A DNA stretch of 64,000 bases, from NCBI GenBank assembly GCA_902601315.1, contig CACKMS010000004.1, positions 20,672 through 84,671 on the forward strand, in the 5' to 3' direction. The DNA is from an uncultured Pelagibacteraceae bacterium. GTDB lineage: Bacteria > Pseudomonadota > Alphaproteobacteria > Pelagibacterales > Pelagibacteraceae. Positions 58,278-64,000 of this stretch are shown here, piece after piece. Position numbers and translations under genes: made by a program. Position 1 is the first letter of the stretch. The number at the start of each line of letters is the position of its first letter. The notes beneath the pieces are model-generated. The model worked only from the letters and a program-made list of their open reading frames with translations. It was not told where the DNA came from and made no database searches.

Positions 58278-59609
58278 TTATTTGTTTAAAAACGTTTTTA
58301 AAGAGTCATCCATTGCTGTTTCCCAGGGTGTATGATGAATTGGTGCAACAGAACCTGTAACAGGTGATGAAAATGATTTATTTCGATAAGTTAAAATATC
58401 TTCAACTTTATGGTGCTCCCATTCTTTAAAATGTTCTCTAATTAATTCAAAATCAATTTTTGGATAATCACTCATTTCATGAAGCTCTTTAGTGTACTCT
58501 GTTTGAAAATCGATCATTTGATCTGGATTTTCTAATTTTTCCTCCATATCAACCCATTTTTTAATATCACTATCCATTTCACTGTCGCTTGGCATTTTAA
58601 TTTTACCCATTATCACATCTCTTGCATACCATGCTTGGCAATCAAACATATTAAAAGTATGAAACTGGTCCTGCATACCAAGATAAAGAAGTTTATGATT
58701 ATCTTGCCACACAACACCTTTATAAAGTTTTGGAGGATAAAGCCTGTTGTGAGTTTTAAGTTTAAGACTTTCCTCTAAAAAAGGAAAATGGTGAAGATAT
58801 CCTGTGCATAAAATTATAGCATCAGCTTCTTGTTCCGTACCATCTTTAAAAATTGCTTTTTTTCCTTCAAGACGATCCAGATAAAAAACTTCTTTCATTC
58901 CCTCAGGCCATTTAAATCCCATTGGGTTATGTCTGTAGCCTATAGTTACACTTTTAGCTCCATACTTATTACATTGTAAAGCAACATCTTCAGCAGAGTA
59001 ACTACTGCCTAATACAATAACATTTTTACCTCTGAACTCTTCTGCATCTCTAAAATCATGAGAGTGCATAATTCTTCCTGGAAATGACTCCATACCTTTG
59101 TATTCAGGTATAAAGGGAACTGAAAAATGACCAGTTGATACTACAACATAATCAAACTCATCCGTTTGTATTTTATCATTAACTTTATCTTGAAAACTTA
59201 CTTCAAATTTATCATTTTTAAATGATGTATTTAACACTCTTGTGTTAAATTTAATTTTACTTTTTAAATTACCCTGACTTACTCTTCCAATTATATAATC
59301 TTTTAAAACTTCTCTTGGTGGAAAAGATGGAATAGGTTTTCCAAAATGTTCATCAAAAGAGTAATCAGCAAACTCTAAACATTCTTTTGGTCCATTTGAC
59401 CATAAATACCTATACATACTGTTTGGAACAGGGTCTCCATATTGATCAGAACCAGTCCTCCAATTATAATTCCAAAGACCTCCCCAATCTTCTTGTTTAT
59501 CAAAACAAACTATTTCTGGAATTTTTTCACCCTTCTTTTCTAAATGTTCAAATGCTCTTAACATTGAAAGGCCACAAGGACCTGCACCAATAATTGCTAC
59601 TTTTGTCAT
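58278..59609 (-). CDS. tmm: Trimethylamine monooxygenase (bacterial FMO)
   Basis: GAGPCG, WGGLW, SMYRYLWSNGPKECLE, FPGRIMHSHDF fingerprint, GSSYSA. Confidence 0.92.
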   Translation of the reverse strand: MTKVAIIGAGPCGLSMLRAFEHLEKKGEKIPEIVCFDKQEDWGGLWNYNWRTGSDQYGDPVPNSMYRYLWSNGPKECLEFADYSFDEHFGKPIPSFPPREVLKDYIIGRVSQGNLKSKIKFNTRVLNTSFKNDKFEVSFQDKVNDKIQTDEFDYVVVSTGHFSVPFIPEYKGMESFPGRIMHSHDFRDAEEFRGKNVIVLGSSYSAEDVALQCNKYGAKSVTIGYRHNPMGFKWPEGMKEVFYLDRLEGKKAIFKDGTEQEADAIILCTGYLHHFPFLEESLKLKTHNRLYPPKLYKGVVWQDNHKLLYLGMQDQFHTFNMFDCQAWYARDVIMGKIKMPSDSEMDSDIKKWVDMEEKLENPDQMIDFQTEYTKELHEMSDYPKIDFELIREHFKEWEHHKVEDILTYRNKSFSSPVTGSVAPIHHTPWETAMDDSLKTFLNK

Positions 59610-59743
59610 CTAAAATTCTCCACTGAATAAAATTTATAAAATAATTCTACTAACAAATCATGAGAAATTAAATCATAAATAAATTAAACCTTGGAATAAA
59701 ATTTATATTAAAAAATAGAAAAAAATATTAGACTACAATAAAT

Positions 59744-61225
59744 ATGAGAAAATTTATTGTATCTATTGACCAAGGTACTACCTCTAGTAGAGCAATTTTA
59801 TTTGATTTAAAAGGGAAACCAGTTTTTGTGTCACAGTTAGAGTTTACTCAATACTTTCCAAAAGATGGATGGGTAGAACATAATCCAGAAGAAATTTGGT
59901 CTACAACACAAATAGTTTTAAAAAAAGTTATTCAAAAAAGTAAATCACTTAAGGGAAAAATTTTGACAATTGGAATAACTAATCAAAGAGAAACAACAAT
60001 TCTTTGGGACAAGCATACGGGAAAGGCTGTTTACAATGCAATAGTCTGGCAAGATAGAAGGGCAGTTGAATATTGCAATAAACTTATAAAACAAAAAAAA
60101 GAAACGTTAATTTATAATAAAACTGGTTTATTAATTGACGCTTATTTCTCAGCAACAAAAATTAAATGGATCATAGATAACGTTCCAAAAGCAAAACAAC
60201 TTATTAAACAAAAAAGATTATTATTTGGAACAGTTGATTGTTTTTTACTTTGGAGATTAACAGGAGGAACCAATCATTTCACAGATGCAACAAATGCTAG
60301 TAGAACTATGCTATTTAATATAGCAACAAATAAGTGGGATAAACAAATATTAGATATTTTAAAAATTCCAAGTCATATACTTCCTGAGGTAAAGGATAGT
60401 TCTGATGATTTTGGTCACACAGACCCAAAGATTACAGGAGAGTCGTTTTCTGTTACTGGAATGGTGGGAGATCAACAATCTGCAACAATTGGACAATGTT
60501 GTTTTGAACCAGGATCACTAAAAAGTACTTATGGGACTGGAGCATTTGTTTTGCTTAATACTGGAAGTAAAATTATTTATTCCAAAAATAGATTGCTAAC
60601 GACAATTGGATATAGAATTAATGGAAAGACAACCTATGCACTTGAAGGGTCAATATTCATAGCAGGTGCAGGCGTTCAATGGTTAAGAGATAAAATCAAA
60701 TTTTTAAAAAAGGCAGCAGACTCCGAAAAAATAATAAAAAAATTAAAAGATAATCATGGCGTTTATCTAGTTCCAGCCTTTACAGGCCTTGGAACACCAT
60801 ATTGGAATGCAAAATCTAGAGGTGTTTTAAGTGGTTTAACAAGAGACACCGGAATAAGCGAAATTGTAAGAGCAACAGTAGAGTCTGTTGGGTATCAAAC
60901 TTATGATCTATTTGAAGCAATGAAAAATGATGGCCTTCGTCCAAAAATAGTTAGGGTAGATGGAGGTATGGTAAAAAATAATTGGTTTTCACAATTTTTA
61001 TCAGACATAATTAATGTAAAAGTTTTAAGACCAAAAGTTGACGAAACAACTGCATTAGGTGCAGCCTTTATGGCAGGTTTAAAAATTGGAGTTTACAAAT
61101 CTCTAAACGACATTTCAAAAAATTGGTCTTTAGATAAAAAATTTTCTCCAAAAATGAAAAACAAAGATAGAAGAAAATTAATTTTTGGATGGCAGAAAGC
61201 AATTAAAAGAACTTTGATAACCTAA
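59744..61225 (+). CDS. glpK: Glycerol kinase
   Basis: DQGTTSSR, TNQRET, VWQDRR, YFSATK, GDQQ, TYGTG, VDGG, ETTALG. Confidence 0.95.
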   Translation: MRKFIVSIDQGTTSSRAILFDLKGKPVFVSQLEFTQYFPKDGWVEHNPEEIWSTTQIVLKKVIQKSKSLKGKILTIGITNQRETTILWDKHTGKAVYNAIVWQDRRAVEYCNKLIKQKKETLIYNKTGLLIDAYFSATKIKWIIDNVPKAKQLIKQKRLLFGTVDCFLLWRLTGGTNHFTDATNASRTMLFNIATNKWDKQILDILKIPSHILPEVKDSSDDFGHTDPKITGESFSVTGMVGDQQSATIGQCCFEPGSLKSTYGTGAFVLLNTGSKIIYSKNRLLTTIGYRINGKTTYALEGSIFIAGAGVQWLRDKIKFLKKAADSEKIIKKLKDNHGVYLVPAFTGLGTPYWNAKSRGVLSGLTRDTGISEIVRATVESVGYQTYDLFEAMKNDGLRPKIVRVDGGMVKNNWFSQFLSDIINVKVLRPKVDETTALGAAFMAGLKIGVYKSLNDISKNWSLDKKFSPKMKNKDRRKLIFGWQKAIKRTLIT

Positions 61226-61323
61226 TTCAACTTAGAATTGATTCAATTATATATTTAATCTTTACAGCACTCAGTAATTTTTGTTACATTTTAGGTTCAA
61301 TAAACACAAGAGGGGAAAATAAA

Positions 61324-63051
61324 ATGATACGATCATTTAAAACAATCTTAGCTTTTGTTGCTTTATTCTCATTTACCACAAACTCTTATGCTGATGGCCA
61401 TATGGCAGCAGTTAAGAAATGGTCAAATGGTGAGTTTAAACTTTCAACTCTTTCGTCTAAACAAAGAGAGAAAGAACTAAAATGGTTTCATGATGCAGCC
61501 AAACCTTTTAAAGGTATGGAAATAAATGTATTATCAGAAACTATTCCAACTCACGAATACGAGTCTAAAACACTAACTAAAGCTTTTGAAGAAATCACTG
61601 GGATCAAAGTTAACCACCAGTTACTTGGTGAAGGTGAAGTAGTACAAGCCGTACAAACACAAATGCAAACAGGAAGAAACTTGTATGATGCATATATCAA
61701 TGACTCTGATTTAATTGGTACGCACTCAAGACTTCAACTTGCAGTTAACCTGACTGATTGGATGGCTGGTGAAGGTAAAGCAGTTACATTGCCTACATTA
61801 GATATCGATGATTTCATTGGAAAATCATTTACTACTGGTCCTGATGGAAAATTATATCAACTTCCAGATCAACAATTTGCAAACCTTTATTGGTTTAGAA
61901 AAGATTGGTTTGACAGAGCCGATATTAAAGCAGGATTTAAAAAGAAATATGGTTATGATCTAGGTGTACCAGTTAACTGGTCTGCTTATGAAGACATAGC
62001 AGAATATTTCACTAATGACGTAAAAGAAATCGATGGTGTTAGAGTATATGGACACATGGATTATGGTAAAAGAGCTCCTGATTTAGGTTGGAGAATGACT
62101 GATGCTTGGCTATCAATGGCTGGCGCAGGTTCTGTTGGAAAACCTAATGGCGTACCTGTTGATGAATGGGGTATTAGAATGGAGTCCGGAACTTGTAATC
62201 CAGTTGGTGCTGATGTTGCAAGAGGTGGAGCAGCTAATGGACCAGCAGCGGTTTACGCAATTAGAAAATGGGACGAGTGGTTAAGATCATATGCGCCTCC
62301 AGGAGCTGCTAGTATGGACTTTTATCAATCACTACCTGCATTATCATCTGGTAACGTTGCTCAACAGATCTTCTGGTACACAGCGTTTACTGCATCAATG
62401 GTAGCGCCAAAGAGTTCTGGAAATAAAACAGTTGATGACAATGGAAATCCTTTATGGAGAATGGGTCCTTCACCAAAGGGTCCTTACTGGGATGAAGGAA
62501 TGAAGCTTGGATATCAAGATGCTGGATCATGGACTTTATTTAAGTCTACACCAGTTGATAGAAGAAAAGCTGCATGGTTATATGCACAGTTTGTTGTTTC
62601 AAAAACTGTATCTCTTAAGAAAAGCCACGTAGGTTTAACTATTATAAGAGATAGTGATATAAACCATAAATCATTTACAGAGAGAGCTCCAAAATTAGGT
62701 GGATTAGTAGAATTCTACAGATCACCTAATAGAGTATTGTGGTCACCTACAGGTATCAATGTTCCGGACTATCCGAAACTTGCACAAATATGGTGGCAGC
62801 AAATTGGAGATGTAAACTCTGGTGCTTTTAGTCCTCAGGAAGCCATGGATCGTCTTGCAGAAGAGATGAACTTAGTTATGTCTCGTATGGAAGCTGCAGA
62901 TAAAGCTAACAATACGTATGGTGGATGTGGACCTAGATTGTCTGAACCAAAAGGTGCAAACTATTGGTTAGACCAACCTGGATCACCAAAAGCAAAACGA
63001 AATGAAAAACCTCAAGGTAAAACTGTTCCTTACGAAAAAGCTTGGAACTAG
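61324..63051 (+). CDS. glpV: Glycerol ABC transporter substrate-binding protein
   Basis: Signal peptide; SETIPTHEYE, NDSDLIGTH, DQQFANLYW, GWRMTDAW, GYQDAGSW, typical of GlpV; adjacent to glpK. Confidence 0.82.
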   Translation: MIRSFKTILAFVALFSFTTNSYADGHMAAVKKWSNGEFKLSTLSSKQREKELKWFHDAAKPFKGMEINVLSETIPTHEYESKTLTKAFEEITGIKVNHQLLGEGEVVQAVQTQMQTGRNLYDAYINDSDLIGTHSRLQLAVNLTDWMAGEGKAVTLPTLDIDDFIGKSFTTGPDGKLYQLPDQQFANLYWFRKDWFDRADIKAGFKKKYGYDLGVPVNWSAYEDIAEYFTNDVKEIDGVRVYGHMDYGKRAPDLGWRMTDAWLSMAGAGSVGKPNGVPVDEWGIRMESGTCNPVGADVARGGAANGPAAVYAIRKWDEWLRSYAPPGAASMDFYQSLPALSSGNVAQQIFWYTAFTASMVAPKSSGNKTVDDNGNPLWRMGPSPKGPYWDEGMKLGYQDAGSWTLFKSTPVDRRKAAWLYAQFVVSKTVSLKKSHVGLTIIRDSDINHKSFTERAPKLGGLVEFYRSPNRVLWSPTGINVPDYPKLAQIWWQQIGDVNSGAFSPQEAMDRLAEEMNLVMSRMEAADKANNTYGGCGPRLSEPKGANYWLDQPGSPKAKRNEKPQGKTVPYEKAWN

Positions 63052-63079
63052 TTTTATTTTGAAAATACTATCAAATTAA

Positions 63080-63112
63080 AAAGAAGGACGTCTTATATGA
63101 CGTCCTTCTTTC
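63080..63112 (+). terminator. Hairpin terminator/stabiliser after glpV
   Basis: AAAGAAGGACGTC-TTATAT-GACGTCCTTCTTT perfect 13-bp stem. Confidence 0.8.
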
Positions 63113-63133
63113 GTTAAAATTCAAAATAAAATT

Positions 63134-64000
63134 ATGAGTTTAGAATTAAGAAATGTTGAAAAAAAAATTGGACAAGAAACTCATATTTATGAAACTAATT
63201 TAAAATTAGAAAAAAATACTATCAACGTACTTCTTGGATCAACCTTAGCAGGCAAAACTACGCTCATGCAAATTATGGCTGGATTAGATAAGCCAACAAA
63301 TGGAGAAATTTGGTTCAACGAAAAAAATGTAACTGGTGTAAAAGTTCAAAAAAGAAATGTCTCGATGGTTTATCAACAGTTCATTAATTATCCAAACTTT
63401 AACGTTTATGATAATATTGCATCCCCATTAAAAATTACGGGGGTTGACACCAATGAAATTAAAAACAGAGTTGGGAAAGTTGCCGAATTACTAAAACTTT
63501 CTCCAATGTTAAATAAAAGACCAAATGAACTTTCAGGAGGTCAACAGCAAAGGACAGCACTTGCCAGAGCTTTGGTAAAAGATTCTGATTTAATTCTATT
63601 AGATGAACCTCTAGCAAATTTAGATTTTAAATTAAGAGAAGAATTAAGAGAAGAGTTACCAAAACTATTTGAAGATAGGGATTGTATAGTTGTATATGCA
63701 ACAACAGAACCTTCTGATGCATTACTAATTGGAGGTTACACTGCAACTTTACTTGAGGGAAAAATAGTTCAGCATGGAAAAACTTTAGAAGTTTATAATA
63801 AACCAAATAGCTTACAATCAGCTCAAGTATTTAGTGATCCACCAATGAATATTGCTAAAATTAAAAAGCAAGGCGATGTTTGTTCCCTAATTTCTGATGA
63901 TGTGAGTTGGAAGATAAATTCAAAACTTAAAGATGGTGAATACAAAGTTGGGATAAGACCACACAATATCACCACATACAAAGAAGGCTCAAACTCATTA
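63134..64000 (+). CDS. glpS: Glycerol ABC ATP-binding subunit (3'-truncated)
   Basis: Manual translation MSLELRNVEK...LLGSTLAGKTTLM...VYQQFINYP...LSGGQQQR...DEPLANLD; open to the window end. Confidence 0.82.
   Translation, partial: MSLELRNVEKKIGQETHIYETNLKLEKNTINVLLGSTLAGKTTLMQIMAGLDKPTNGEIWFNEKNVTGVKVQKRNVSMVYQQFINYPNFNVYDNIASPLKITGVDTNEIKNRVGKVAELLKLSPMLNKRPNELSGGQQQRTALARALVKDSDLILLDEPLANLDFKLREELREELPKLFEDRDCIVVYATTEPSDALLIGGYTATLLEGKIVQHGKTLEVYNKPNSLQSAQVFSDPPMNIAKIKKQGDVCSLISDDVSWKINSKLKDGEYKVGIRPHNITTYKEGSNSL

Noticed and set aside
823-62284. Numerous 60-130 aa antisense or out-of-frame ORFs (e.g. 16292-16645, 25257-25571, 27382-27765, 42183-42503, 56706-57023)
   Set aside because: They are shadows of well-supported genes, with no recognisable motifs.

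Overview
AT-rich, streamlined alphaproteobacterial chromosome segment with very short or overlapping intergenic spacers. Gene content and style point to Pelagibacterales (SAR11); this is an inference from the sequence only. I saw no rRNA, tRNA, CRISPR array, integrase or transposase. The window is dominated by catabolism of small methylated N/S compounds and osmolytes. Main blocks: (1) eutA-doeA ectoine-type genes followed by a Pot-like ABC transporter; (2) a ~12 kb divergent cassette (8.0-19.9 kb) with a non-canonical DmdA-like demethylase, a transthyretin-like protein lacking YRGS, a ThDP enzyme, an FMN alpha-hydroxy acid oxidase, peptidase E, a second GcvT-like protein and a peptide-type ABC transporter; (3) housekeeping genes (fadN, speB, ALDH, argE, acnA, bamB, zapE, photolyase) with a phage-like cupin among them; (4) a ~22 kb methylamine island (tmm, tmoXWV, tdm, atypical amt) carrying TWO divergent gmaS+mgsABC-like sets and no DMA monooxygenase; (5) glpK plus a glycerol ABC transporter. 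The two strongest leads are the second glutamylation set as a candidate dimethylamine pathway, and the dmdA-like cassette as a candidate pathway for a non-DMSP methylsulfonium or alpha-hydroxy acid substrate. Both are hypotheses.
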